Positions 19,737 through 28,364 of a stretch of DNA of 46,541 bases are shown one piece after another (position 1 is the first letter of the stretch; every line of letters starts with the position of its first letter). The stretch spans positions 1 to 46,541 of the forward strand of contig DATMMH010000229.1 of assembly GCA_035569855.1 (NCBI GenBank). Direction: 5' to 3'. Made by a program: the position numbers and the translations under genes. The notes under the pieces were generated by a model. That model was not told the origin of the DNA. It was given only the letters and a program-made list of their open reading frames with translations, and did not search any database. This DNA is from Candidatus Dormiibacterota bacterium (GTDB lineage Bacteria; Methylomirabilota; Methylomirabilia; Rokubacteriales; CSP1-6).

Positions 19737-19934
19737 TTAGAGGTACGGAACGAGGATCTTGAGCCGCGGCTGGTCCACCTTCGCGACGAGGACCGCCTTC
19801 CCCAGCCGGCGCTTGCGCTTGGGGTTCTTACCCTCGAGCTTGTGGCGCTTCCAGCCGCGCTGACGCATGAGCTTACCGGTGCCGGTGGCCTTCAGCCGCT
19901 TGGCCGCCGCCCGCTTGGTCTTCATCTTGGGCAT
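19737..19934 (-). CDS. rpmI: 50S ribosomal protein L35
   Basis: [25 protein letters not shown]..., 65 aa. Confidence 0.95.
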   Translation of the reverse strand: MPKMKTKRAAAKRLKATGTGKLMRQRGWKRHKLEGKNPKRKRRLGKAVLVAKVDQPRLKILVPYL

Positions 19935-19946
19935 CGAATGAATCTC

Positions 19947-20462
19947 CTAATGTGGCTTCGGCGAGAGGATCATGCTCAGCATGCGGCCTTCCATGCGCGG
20001 GTGATTCTCGATCAGCGCGATGTCCTGCATGCCCTCCGCCATCCGATTGAGCATCTTCCAGCCGAGCTCGGTGTGCGCCATCTCGCGGCCCTTGAACCGC
20101 ACCGTGACCTTCGCCTTGTTCCCCTCCTCGAGGAACCGCCGCACGTGCTTGGCCTTGAAGTCGAAGTCGTGCACGTCGGTCTTGGGGCCGAGCTTGACCT
20201 CCTTGACCTGGATCGTCGTCTGCTTCTTGCGCGCGTCCTTCTGACGGCGCGCCTGCATGTACTTGTACTTGCCGAAGTCCATGATCCGGCACACCGGAGG
20301 CTGGGCTTCGGCCGCGACCTCGACCAGGTCCATGTCCCGCTGGCGCGCCAGATCCAGGGCCTGCTGGATCGGCAGGATCCCGAGCTGCTCGCCTTCGGCG
20401 CTCACCACCCGCACTTCCCTCACCCGAATACCTTCGTTGATCCGAATATCTTTTGACTGGAT
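19947..20462 (-). CDS. infC: translation initiation factor IF-3, probable non-canonical ATC start
   Basis: The frame upstream of the track ORF reads IQSKDIRINEGIRVREVRVV, the conserved IF-3 N-terminus. AAGGAG lies 6 nt upstream of ATC at 20460-20462. There is no ATG, GTG or TTG in that stretch. Confidence 0.85.
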   Translation of the reverse strand: MQSKDIRINEGIRVREVRVVSAEGEQLGILPIQQALDLARQRDMDLVEVAAEAQPPVCRIMDFGKYKYMQARRQKDARKKQTTIQVKEVKLGPKTDVHDFDFKAKHVRRFLEEGNKAKVTVRFKGREMAHTELGWKMLNRMAEGMQDIALIENHPRMEGRMLSMILSPKPH

Positions 20463-20489
20463 CGCGTGCTCCTTCGGTTCGGGGCCGGC

Positions 20490-22286
20490 TCAGCCGGCGC
20501 GGCCCGCGGTGAGGGTGGCGGAACGGCTTCCGATCTCCGTGACGAGGTCGCTGACGATACGGTCCACCGGCACCGCGCCGAGATCCTCGCCGGTCCGCCG
20601 GCGCAGGCTCGCCGCGCCGCTCTGGGCCTCGCGCTCGCCGACCACCAGCATATAGGGCACCTTGCGCACCTGGGCGTCGCGGATGCGATAGCCGAGCTTC
20701 TCGTTGCGGTCGTCGAGCTCGGCCCGGATCCGCGCGGCCCGCAGCGCCGCGAACACCTTCCGCCCGTACTCGGCGTGCTTCTCGCTGATCGGAAGCACCC
20801 GCGCCTGCACCGGGGCGAGCCAGGTCGGGAACGCGCCCGCGAAGTGCTCGGTCAGGATCGCCACGAAGCGCTCGTAGGAGCCGAAGATCGCGCGGTGGAT
20901 CACCACCGGGCGCTTGGCATGGCCGTCCGCGTCGATGTACTCGCACTGCATGCGCTCGGGCAGCATCGTGAGATCGACCTGGATGGTGGCGAGCTGCCAC
21001 TGCCGGCCCAGCGCGTCCTCCACGTCGATGTCGATCTTGGGCCCGTAGAACGCGCCGCCACCCTTGTCCAGATCGGAGACGAGGTTGTTCGCGCGCAGAG
21101 CCTGGTGGAGTGCGTCCTCCGCCTGGTCCCACTGCTGCTCGGTCCCGAGCTTGTCGGGCGGCCGCGTGGCGAGCCGGTACGAGGGCTGCAGGTTGAAGGT
21201 GGCGTACCACTCGCGCACCAGCTGGAGGAGGTCCGTGATCTCGGACTGGACCTGTTCCGGCCGGCAGTAGAGGTGCGCGTCGTCCTGGGTGAACTGGCGC
21301 ACCCGCACGAGGCCCGAGAGCACCCCCGACCGTTCGTTGCGGTGGCAGCGCCCCATCTCCGAGTAGCGGATGGGGAGGTCCCGGTAGGAGCGCAGCGCCC
21401 GCTTGTAGACGTAGGCCGACTCCGGGCAGTTCATGGGCTTGAGGCTGAAGACCTCGTCCTCGACCTCGAACTTGAACATGTTCTCCTGGTAGAGCTCCCA
21501 GTGACCCGACTGCTCCCAGAGCTTCTTGTTCACGAGCAGCGGCGTCGAGATCTCCTGGTAGCCCCGCGCGTCGAGCGACTCCCGCGCGAACTTCTCCAGC
21601 TCGCGCACCAGGACCATGCCCCCGGGCAGCCAGAAGGGCGCGCCGGGCGCGATGTCGTAGAAGTCGAACAGGTCGAGCTCGCGCCCCAGCTTGCGGTGGT
21701 CGCGCTTGCGCGCCTCCTCGAGCCGCCAGAGGTGCTTGTCGAGCTCCTCCTGGGAGAGCCACGCGGTCCCGTAAATCCGCTGCAGCATCGGGTTCTTCTC
21801 GTCCCCGCGCCAGTAGGCGCCGGAGGAGGAGAGCAGCTTGAAGGCGCGGATCTGGCCCGTCGAGGCCACGTGCGGCCCGCGGCAGAGATCGACGAAATCG
21901 CCCTGCCGGTAGATGGAAACGGCCGGCGCGTCGATCCCGCGCAGGATCTCGACCTTGAACGGCTCGCCGCGCTCCTCGAAGAAGGCGATGGCGCGCTCGC
22001 GGGCCATCTCCTCGCGAGTGAACGGGTAGTCGGCCTTCACGATCTCGCGCATGGTCTCCTCGATGCGCGCGAGGTCGTCGGGCGAGAAGGGGGTCGCCTT
22101 GAGGAAATCGTAGTAGAAGCCGTCCTCGATCGCGGGACCGATGGCGACCTTCACCTCGGGGAAGAGCCGTTTCACCGCCTGCGCCATCACGTGGGAGGTG
22201 GAGTGGCGCAGGGTGGGCAAGGGCTCGGGGACGCAGTCGAACTCCCCCGCGAAGCTCAGATGCCGCGACTCCTCGGACTCGGCCAT
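20490..22286 (-). CDS. thrS: threonine--tRNA ligase (no N-terminal TGS domain)
   Basis: I chose the ATG at 22286, because the TTG at 22310 lies inside the terminator U-tract. RHSTSHVMAQAV occurs ~30 aa from the start, followed by class II motifs and an anticodon-binding domain. 598 aa. Confidence 0.92.
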   Translation of the reverse strand: MAESEESRHLSFAGEFDCVPEPLPTLRHSTSHVMAQAVKRLFPEVKVAIGPAIEDGFYYDFLKATPFSPDDLARIEETMREIVKADYPFTREEMARERAIAFFEERGEPFKVEILRGIDAPAVSIYRQGDFVDLCRGPHVASTGQIRAFKLLSSSGAYWRGDEKNPMLQRIYGTAWLSQEELDKHLWRLEEARKRDHRKLGRELDLFDFYDIAPGAPFWLPGGMVLVRELEKFARESLDARGYQEISTPLLVNKKLWEQSGHWELYQENMFKFEVEDEVFSLKPMNCPESAYVYKRALRSYRDLPIRYSEMGRCHRNERSGVLSGLVRVRQFTQDDAHLYCRPEQVQSEITDLLQLVREWYATFNLQPSYRLATRPPDKLGTEQQWDQAEDALHQALRANNLVSDLDKGGGAFYGPKIDIDVEDALGRQWQLATIQVDLTMLPERMQCEYIDADGHAKRPVVIHRAIFGSYERFVAILTEHFAGAFPTWLAPVQARVLPISEKHAEYGRKVFAALRAARIRAELDDRNEKLGYRIRDAQVRKVPYMLVVGEREAQSGAASLRRRTGEDLGAVPVDRIVSDLVTEIGSRSATLTAGRAG

Positions 22287-22308
22287 GATCTCTTTCTTCG
22301 TTAGAGAC

Positions 22309-22341
22309 AAAAAAGCATCACAGGGCTGCGCCCGGTGATGC
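22309..22341 (-). terminator. intrinsic terminator between tRNA-Val and thrS
   Basis: On the minus strand, GCATCAC (22341-22335) pairs with GTGATGC (22321-22315) around a 13-nt loop, followed by TTTTTT. It ends ~22 nt upstream of the thrS ATG. Confidence 0.5.
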
Positions 22342-22421
22342 TCGCAACTCCCTCACTCGCTCACGCTCGACCGGCTGGCGATGGGCACCCCCAAGGGGTC
22401 ACGTCACGCACAAAGCAGAAA

Positions 22422-22496
22422 TGGTAGGCTCGGGCGGTTTCGAACCGCCGACCTCTACCGTGTCAAGGTAGCGCTCTCCCACTGAGCTACGAGCCT
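22422..22496 (-). tRNA. tRNA-Val (anticodon GAC)
   Basis: The 75-nt cloverleaf is aggctcg-ta-gctc-agtggga-gagc-g-ctacc-ttgacac-ggtag-aggtc-ggcgg-ttcgaaa-ccgcc-cgagcct-a-cca, with all stems pairing. Confidence 0.93.
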
Positions 22497-22541
22497 ACGT
22501 CCCCAAAGCATTGAATACACTACCGGACCGCCCGGAGCACG

Positions 22542-23999
22542 TCAAGGGGAGCGGCCCGCCGAGAGAGCCTCCAGCACCGCCTCGATCAGGCCCGGCCCAT
22601 CTTCCGGGCCGAGGAGTACCCGCGCGGTCGCCAGCATGGCGTAGCCGTCCTGGCCGCGGGCCAGGTAGTCGGGGACCGCGACCCGGTACACGCCCGCCGG
22701 ATCGAGCGGGCGGCCCTCCACCTCGACCGAGCCCACCCGCTGGCCCGGCGGCCGGGCGGCATCCACCTCGAAGCGGAGGCCGGAGGTCTGCAGAAAATGG
22801 CCGGAGGGCCGGGGCAATTCGTCCACCGAGTGCTCCAGGGCCGCGCGGAGCGTCGTGCCGGTCACCTCGAGCAGGGTGATCGTGTTGCGGAACGGGAGCA
22901 CCTCGCGGATGTCGCGCGCGGTAATGGGGCCGGGCGGCACCACGCGGTTGCCGCGGATGGCGCCGCCGTTGAGCAGGCCGACGGCGGCCCCCGCTCGCTC
23001 GCGCATCAGGGTGGCGAGAAAGCGGCCGAGGGGCGTCTCCTGGCGTCGCACGAGGCTCTCGCGCGCGTCGAGGACAACGGAGGTCCGCCCCACCACCGTG
23101 TCGAGCTCGTGGGCCAGCCGCGCGGCCTGGCTCGCCACGAACGCCGCCACGTCGGGCGCCTCGGCCAGACGCTCGTCGACCGGGATCAGGCGCTGTCGTC
23201 GCGCGATCACCGCCCCGCAGCGGATCTCGTACTCGACCTGTCCCACGTTCAGCGCGTCGGAACCCGCCTTCACGATCACGGCGCGGCCCTGCCCTTCCAA
23301 CATCGGATCGTGGTCGTGTCCGCCCAGGATCGCGTCGATCGGGAGCGCGGCGGCCAGCTCGCGATCCTGACGCAGCGGCAGGTGCGTCACGGCCACCCGG
23401 AGGTCGAGCGGGCCGAGCGCGGTCAGGGCCGCGCGTGCGGCGGCGATCGGCTCGTCGAAGCGCAGGTCGAGCCCGCCGGCGGACGTCTTGGCCGCGTCGG
23501 GCGTGGTGAGCCCGATCACGCCGACGCGCACTCCGTCCCAGTCGCGGCGCAGCGAGCGCCGCGCGCCCGCGGCGGGTCGGCCGGTGGCGCGATCGGTCAC
23601 GTTGCTCGACAGCCACGGGAAGCGCGACTCCCCCACCCGCTGCACGAGCACCGCCAGGCCGAAGTCGAACTCGTGATTGCCGAAGGTGGCGAGGTCGAGG
23701 CCGAGCGCGTTCCAGCCCTCGATCATCTGCGCTCCGCGCCGCAGGGTCGAGAGCACCGACGGCGAGAGGGTGTCGCCGGCCAGCACGAAGAGGGTGTTGG
23801 GCGTCTCCTGCCGCAGCGCGCGCACGAGGGTGGCGACGCGGGCGAGGCCGCCGCGGCCCGCGACCGGCTCGAGCACGTAGACGTCGTTGACGAGCAGGAA
23901 CTGGATGCGAACCGGAGGCCGATCCGCACAGCGGCTCTCCGCGCAACCCGCGCAGGCCAGCAGCGCGAGCAGCCAGACGACGCGGCGTCCGGGCTTCAG
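22542..23999 (-). CDS. 5'-nucleotidase / metallophosphatase family lipoprotein (UshA-like), start uncertain
   Basis: Contains GDTLSPS, GNHEFD and GGHDHD motifs plus a C-terminal 5'-nucleotidase domain. The track start (GTG 23876) omits an in-frame upstream KPGRRVVWLLALLACAGC lipoprotein signal. The only start-like codon before that signal is CTG at 23997-23999, 4 nt after the TonB stop. Confidence 0.75.
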   Translation of the reverse strand: MKPGRRVVWLLALLACAGCAESRCADRPPVRIQFLLVNDVYVLEPVAGRGGLARVATLVRALRQETPNTLFVLAGDTLSPSVLSTLRRGAQMIEGWNALGLDLATFGNHEFDFGLAVLVQRVGESRFPWLSSNVTDRATGRPAAGARRSLRRDWDGVRVGVIGLTTPDAAKTSAGGLDLRFDEPIAAARAALTALGPLDLRVAVTHLPLRQDRELAAALPIDAILGGHDHDPMLEGQGRAVIVKAGSDALNVGQVEYEIRCGAVIARRQRLIPVDERLAEAPDVAAFVASQAARLAHELDTVVGRTSVVLDARESLVRRQETPLGRFLATLMRERAGAAVGLLNGGAIRGNRVVPPGPITARDIREVLPFRNTITLLEVTGTTLRAALEHSVDELPRPSGHFLQTSGLRFEVDAARPPGQRVGSVEVEGRPLDPAGVYRVAVPDYLARGQDGYAMLATARVLLGPEDGPGLIEAVLEALSAGRSP

Positions 24000-24003
24000 G
24001 GCC

Positions 24004-24993
24004 CTACCGGAGGAACTGGTTCACCAGCCCGCTCACGATCTGGTAGCGGAACTGCCCATTGACCGCGACCGCGCCCTTGGAGATCGCATCCGGCACCGGC
24101 GGAAACGGCTGCGCGAGCTTCACCGCATTGAGTGCGGCCTGGTCGAGGACCAAGGTCCCGGACCCCGCCACCAGCTCGATGTACTCGAGCCGCCCATCCT
24201 TGCCGATATGGAACTCGATCAGGAGCTGACCCTCGACACCGCGGTCGCCGGCCTCCCGTGGGTACACCCAGTTCGCCCGGATGCGCTCCCGCACCTTCAT
24301 GAAATAATCCTGATATCTCGGGTCGGGCGTATCGAGCGGGATCGGCTCGCCCTCCACGCCCCCGCGACCACCGCCGTGCAACCCGCCGCCGCCACCGGGC
24401 TGCCGCCAGATGCTCGGCCCGGGTGGGCGCGAGGCGACCTTCGGTGGCGCGGGCGACGACGGAGTCTGCGCCGCCTCCGAGGGCCGCGATTCCGGAGGAG
24501 TGGGAGCGACCGGCCGGGGCTCCGGCGTCTTCACCAGCGCATCGGGCGCGGGCGGCTCCGCTTTCGCGACCGCCTGCGGCGGCGCCGGCGCGGGCGGAGC
24601 GGGGCGCGATGCCGGCACTCGAGGCGCGGGCGGGATCCTCGGCGCGGGTGGGACGGGCGGCGGCGACGGCCGCTGGTTTGACTCGGGTGGGCCCACCGGG
24701 CGCGATGGATTGCCGAGGGGCGCCTTCTCCTCGGGCTTCTCCGGCGCGATGTCGACCAGCAGCGGCTCGCCGCGCTTCTGGTACGTGGGGAGCACGAAGT
24801 TGCTATAGACGAAGAACGGGCCGAGCAGCAGCAGGTGAAACAGGACCGAAGTCACGATGGCCAGAACCAGCGTGCGCTTGGTCCGGTCTCGCGGGAGCCT
24901 CAGCATCGACCATCTACCCCGCCGCCTCACGCGGTCAATTATTGCACGCAGTGCCGCCCTCCGCCGCGAGGCGGCCCAGGTCCCTGAAATCAC
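24004..24993 (-). CDS. TonB family energy transducer
   Basis: It has an N-terminal TM segment (LVLAIVTSVLFHLLLL), a long Pro-rich spacer and a TonB C-terminal domain (YPREAGDRGVEGQLLIEFHIGKDGRL..LDQAALNAV). An alternative start is the ATG at 24906. Confidence 0.8.
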   Translation of the reverse strand: MISGTWAASRRRAALRAIIDRVRRRGRWSMLRLPRDRTKRTLVLAIVTSVLFHLLLLGPFFVYSNFVLPTYQKRGEPLLVDIAPEKPEEKAPLGNPSRPVGPPESNQRPSPPPVPPAPRIPPAPRVPASRPAPPAPAPPQAVAKAEPPAPDALVKTPEPRPVAPTPPESRPSEAAQTPSSPAPPKVASRPPGPSIWRQPGGGGGLHGGGRGGVEGEPIPLDTPDPRYQDYFMKVRERIRANWVYPREAGDRGVEGQLLIEFHIGKDGRLEYIELVAGSGTLVLDQAALNAVKLAQPFPPVPDAISKGAVAVNGQFRYQIVSGLVNQFLR

Positions 24994-25145
24994 GGCTTTC
25001 TGACGAATTCTGTCCGTCTGGTGACACCCCTCGGGAGAAGCGCTGATCAGCTTACGGGGCAGGAATATTTAGGCCCAGTATTTCAATATGTTACGGCATG
25101 GTATCACTTGGCACGACACTGGAAGGCGCTTCGTCCCACAAAGTC

Positions 25146-25967
25146 ATGCGCCGCCGGACAAAAGTTCTCGTTGCCCTGGTCGGCCTCATGGCCGGGCTCG
25201 CCCGCACCGCCCACGGGCAGCCGGCCGCACCGCTGACGTTCGGGGTCCTCAACCAGCAAAGCCCGGCCCTCACCGCGGAGCGCTGGAACCCGATCCTGCA
25301 TCACCTCAGCAGCGTGAGCGGCGTGCCGCTCATTCTCCGGATGGGCCGCACCGTCCAGGAGACCGACACGATGATGGGGCGCGGCGACTTCGACTTCGTG
25401 TTCACCAATCACAACTTCCAGTCCGAGTTCGACGGCGTCGGCTTCAAGGTCCTCGCGCGCTGGGCCGGCGAGCCGATCCGCACCGTGATCGCGGTGCCCA
25501 GCGACAGTCCGATCCGCGAGCTGCAGGAGCTCGCGGGCAAACGGGTGTCCTTCCCGTCCACCGACGCGTTCGTGGCCTACGCGGTGCCGGCGGTCGCGCT
25601 CAAGCGCGCGGGCGTGAAGGTCGAGGAGGTCTTCGGCGGCAATCAGGAAGGCTCGCTCGCGCAGCTCAAGGCCAAGCGCGTGGAGGCGGCCGCGGTCAAC
25701 TCCCGCTTCCTCGCCCAGTACGCGGAGCGCGAGCACGTCCAGTTCCGCGAAATCTACGTCTCAGAAGGCTACCCGGATCTCGCGGTGAGCGTCCATCCGC
25801 GCGTCCCCGCCGCCACCGTGGAGCACGTGCGGCGCGCGCTACTCGGCATGAGCACCGATCCCGCCGCCGCGCCGGTCCTGGCCCTCGGCAAGTTCCGGGG
25901 CTTCGAGCCCGCCTCTGACCGCGACTACGAGGGTGTCCGGCGCATCTACCGGCTGATCGGCCAGTGA
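25146..25967 (+). CDS. PhnD-like (phosphonate-type) periplasmic substrate-binding protein
   Basis: The ATG at 25146 gives a signal peptide (MRRRTKVLVALVGLMAGLARTAHG). The overall pattern matches the PhnD/PF12974 family. Its stop overlaps the kinase start (GTGA at 25964-25967). Confidence 0.75.
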   Translation: MRRRTKVLVALVGLMAGLARTAHGQPAAPLTFGVLNQQSPALTAERWNPILHHLSSVSGVPLILRMGRTVQETDTMMGRGDFDFVFTNHNFQSEFDGVGFKVLARWAGEPIRTVIAVPSDSPIRELQELAGKRVSFPSTDAFVAYAVPAVALKRAGVKVEEVFGGNQEGSLAQLKAKRVEAAAVNSRFLAQYAEREHVQFREIYVSEGYPDLAVSVHPRVPAATVEHVRRALLGMSTDPAAAPVLALGKFRGFEPASDRDYEGVRRIYRLIGQ

Positions 25968-28360
25968 AATCGAGCCTCCGGACGCTCCTGATCGGACTCA
26001 CCAGCGTCGCGATCGCCGCGGTCACGCTGGGCGGCCTCGCCATCAACCTCCGCGACCGCAGCACCGCGGCCCAGGTCCGGCTCAGCGAGCAGACCGAGCG
26101 CCTCGCCACCGCCGCCGCGCCGCTCTTGCTGGACTCGCTGGTGGTGGGTGACCTCGCGCGGGCCGAGCAGACGCTGCGGAACCTCAACTCCGACATGGTG
26201 TGGAGTCGGGTCACGCTCTACGAGAGCGACGGCCAGCGCGTCATCTTCGACGCCTCCCCCACCGACGTGCGGCCCTCCGACGCGCCCCGCTGGCTGAAGC
26301 GGCTGGTCCCGGTCACCCTCGACGAGCACCGCGTGGCGATCGCCGCGACGCCGGTGGTCTACGGCGTGCTAGTGGTCAGGCCGTCGCTGCAGAGTCTCGA
26401 GAACGAGCTGTGGACCGAGGTCCGTACGATCATCGCGGTGACCGGCGTGCTGCTCCTGACCTTGCTCGGGCTGATGCACGTGATCCTGGGCGTGGGTCTC
26501 CGCCCGGTGCGCGCCCTCGCGGAGAGTGCCGCCCGCCTGGGCCGCGGCGATCTCACCGCGCGCATGCCCGAGACCAAGCTCAGCGAGATGGCGCCCACCG
26601 TGCGCGCATTCAACTCGATGGCGGCCAGCCTGGAGCAGGCGCTGCACGAGGCCCGCACCCGCGAGACGCGTCTGGAGAGTCTCGTCGAGGTGAGCGGCGA
26701 GCTCTCGCGGATGCAACCGCTTGATTCCCTGCTCGCGCGCATCGTGCAGTCGTGCGGCCGCCTCGTGCCCACCGAGTGGGCGGGGTTGCGCCTGGTGGAC
26801 GGCGACGAGCTGGTGATGGCGGGCACGCTCGAGGGCGGCGACGCGCTTCCGGTGCACCACCGGATCAAGATCGGCGAGAGCCTGGCCGGGCTGGTGGCCG
26901 CCACCGGGCGGCCCCTGCTCCTCCGCGACCCGGCCAACCATCCGAGCGTGCTCCCCGACCACGCGGAGGTGCTGCGGCGCTTCGGGTATCGCGGCGCGCT
27001 CACGGTGCCGGCCAAGGTCGGCGACCGGGTGGTCGGCGTGCTCAGCTTCCTGACCGCCCGGGAGGAAGGCTTCTCCCTGGAAGACATGGCGATCGCCACC
27101 GCCTTCGCCTCCCACGCCGCGGTCGCGCTGGAGAACAGCCGCCTCCTGCACGAGGCCCGGCGCGCCTACGACGAGCTGGCGCAGACCCAGGGCCAGCTCG
27201 AGCAGGCCCAGAAGATGGACGCGATCGGCCGCCTCGCGGGAGGCGTGGCGCACGACTTCAACAACCTGCTGACCGTCATCCTCGGGCGGACCGACATCCT
27301 GCTCCATCCGCTCAAGCCCGAGGACCCGATGCGCCGGGGCATCGAGCTGATCCAGCGCACCGCGGGGCGCGCCGCCGATCTCACCCGCCAGCTCCTGGCC
27401 TTCAGCCGCAAGCAGGTCCTGGAGTCGGTCGTGCTCGACCTGAACGCGGTGACCAGCGACATGAAGGACATGCTCGGACGCCTGATCGGCGAGGACATCG
27501 CGCTGCTCGCCAACCCCACCCCCGGACTCGGCCGCGTCAAGGCCGACCGGGGCCAGATCGAGCAGGTGATCATGAACCTGGCGGTCAACGCGCGCGACGC
27601 GATGCCCCAGGGTGGCCGCCTGATCGTCGAGCTGGAGAACGTGGAGCTGGACGCCGAATACGTCCGTCGGCACGTGGGAGCGCGCCCCGGTCTCAACGTG
27701 ATGCTCGCGGTCTCGGACAGCGGGGTGGGCATCCCGCGCGAGATCCAGGCGCACATCTTTGAACCGTTCTTTACGACCAAGGAGCAGGGGAAGGGAACCG
27801 GGCTGGGTCTCGCCACCGTGTATGGGATCGTCAAGCAGAGCGGCGGCTACATCGAGGTGGACAGCGAGCCGGGTCGTGGCACCACCTTCCGAATCTACCT
27901 GCCCCGCGTGGACACGACGGTGCCGGTGGTGGATCGCGCCACGCGGCCGGCCGCGGCGGCGGGCGGCACCGAGACGATCCTGCTCGTGGAGGACGAGGAA
28001 GGCGTGCGCGAGCTCGCCCGCGACATCCTCCGGTCGAGCGGCTATACCGTGCTGGAGGCGCGCAACGGCTCCGAGGCGCTCCTGATCTGCGAGCGCCACC
28101 AGGGCCCGCTCGATCTCCTGCTCACCGACGTGGTGATGCCACGGATGAGCGGGCGCGAGCTGGCCGAGCGCCTGGCTCCGCTGCGGCCCGACCTGTCGGT
28201 GCTGTACATGTCGGGCTACACCGACGACGCGGTCATCCGCCACGGCGTGCTCGGCGCCGGCACCGCCTTCCTGCAGAAGCCGTTCACGCCCGCCGCGCTC
28301 ATCCAGCGCGTCCGCGAGACGCTGGATCTGGCCGGGCGCGAAGCCGCGCCCGCGGTCTGA
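25964..28360 (+). CDS. hybrid sensor histidine kinase/response regulator (2 TM, HAMP, GAF, HisKA, HATPase, REC)
   Basis: Contains the H-box GGVAHDFNNLL, the G-boxes DSGVGI and GTGLGLATV, and a receiver domain (ILLVEDEEGVREL...LLLTDVVMPRMSG). 798 aa. Confidence 0.9.
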   Translation: MKSSLRTLLIGLTSVAIAAVTLGGLAINLRDRSTAAQVRLSEQTERLATAAAPLLLDSLVVGDLARAEQTLRNLNSDMVWSRVTLYESDGQRVIFDASPTDVRPSDAPRWLKRLVPVTLDEHRVAIAATPVVYGVLVVRPSLQSLENELWTEVRTIIAVTGVLLLTLLGLMHVILGVGLRPVRALAESAARLGRGDLTARMPETKLSEMAPTVRAFNSMAASLEQALHEARTRETRLESLVEVSGELSRMQPLDSLLARIVQSCGRLVPTEWAGLRLVDGDELVMAGTLEGGDALPVHHRIKIGESLAGLVAATGRPLLLRDPANHPSVLPDHAEVLRRFGYRGALTVPAKVGDRVVGVLSFLTAREEGFSLEDMAIATAFASHAAVALENSRLLHEARRAYDELAQTQGQLEQAQKMDAIGRLAGGVAHDFNNLLTVILGRTDILLHPLKPEDPMRRGIELIQRTAGRAADLTRQLLAFSRKQVLESVVLDLNAVTSDMKDMLGRLIGEDIALLANPTPGLGRVKADRGQIEQVIMNLAVNARDAMPQGGRLIVELENVELDAEYVRRHVGARPGLNVMLAVSDSGVGIPREIQAHIFEPFFTTKEQGKGTGLGLATVYGIVKQSGGYIEVDSEPGRGTTFRIYLPRVDTTVPVVDRATRPAAAAGGTETILLVEDEEGVRELARDILRSSGYTVLEARNGSEALLICERHQGPLDLLLTDVVMPRMSGRELAERLAPLRPDLSVLYMSGYTDDAVIRHGVLGAGTAFLQKPFTPAALIQRVRETLDLAGREAAPAV

Positions 28361-28364
28361 CCGA

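Noticed and set aside
19873-21762. 629-aa minus-strand ORF overlapping infC and thrS in another frame. Comparable alternative-frame ORFs lie at 22495-23946, 40717-42261 and 42427-44634.
   Set aside because: These are low-complexity Arg/Pro/Gly-rich translations. The overlapping frames encode bona fide ThrS/IF-3, 5'-nucleotidase, amidase and the 447-aa protein.
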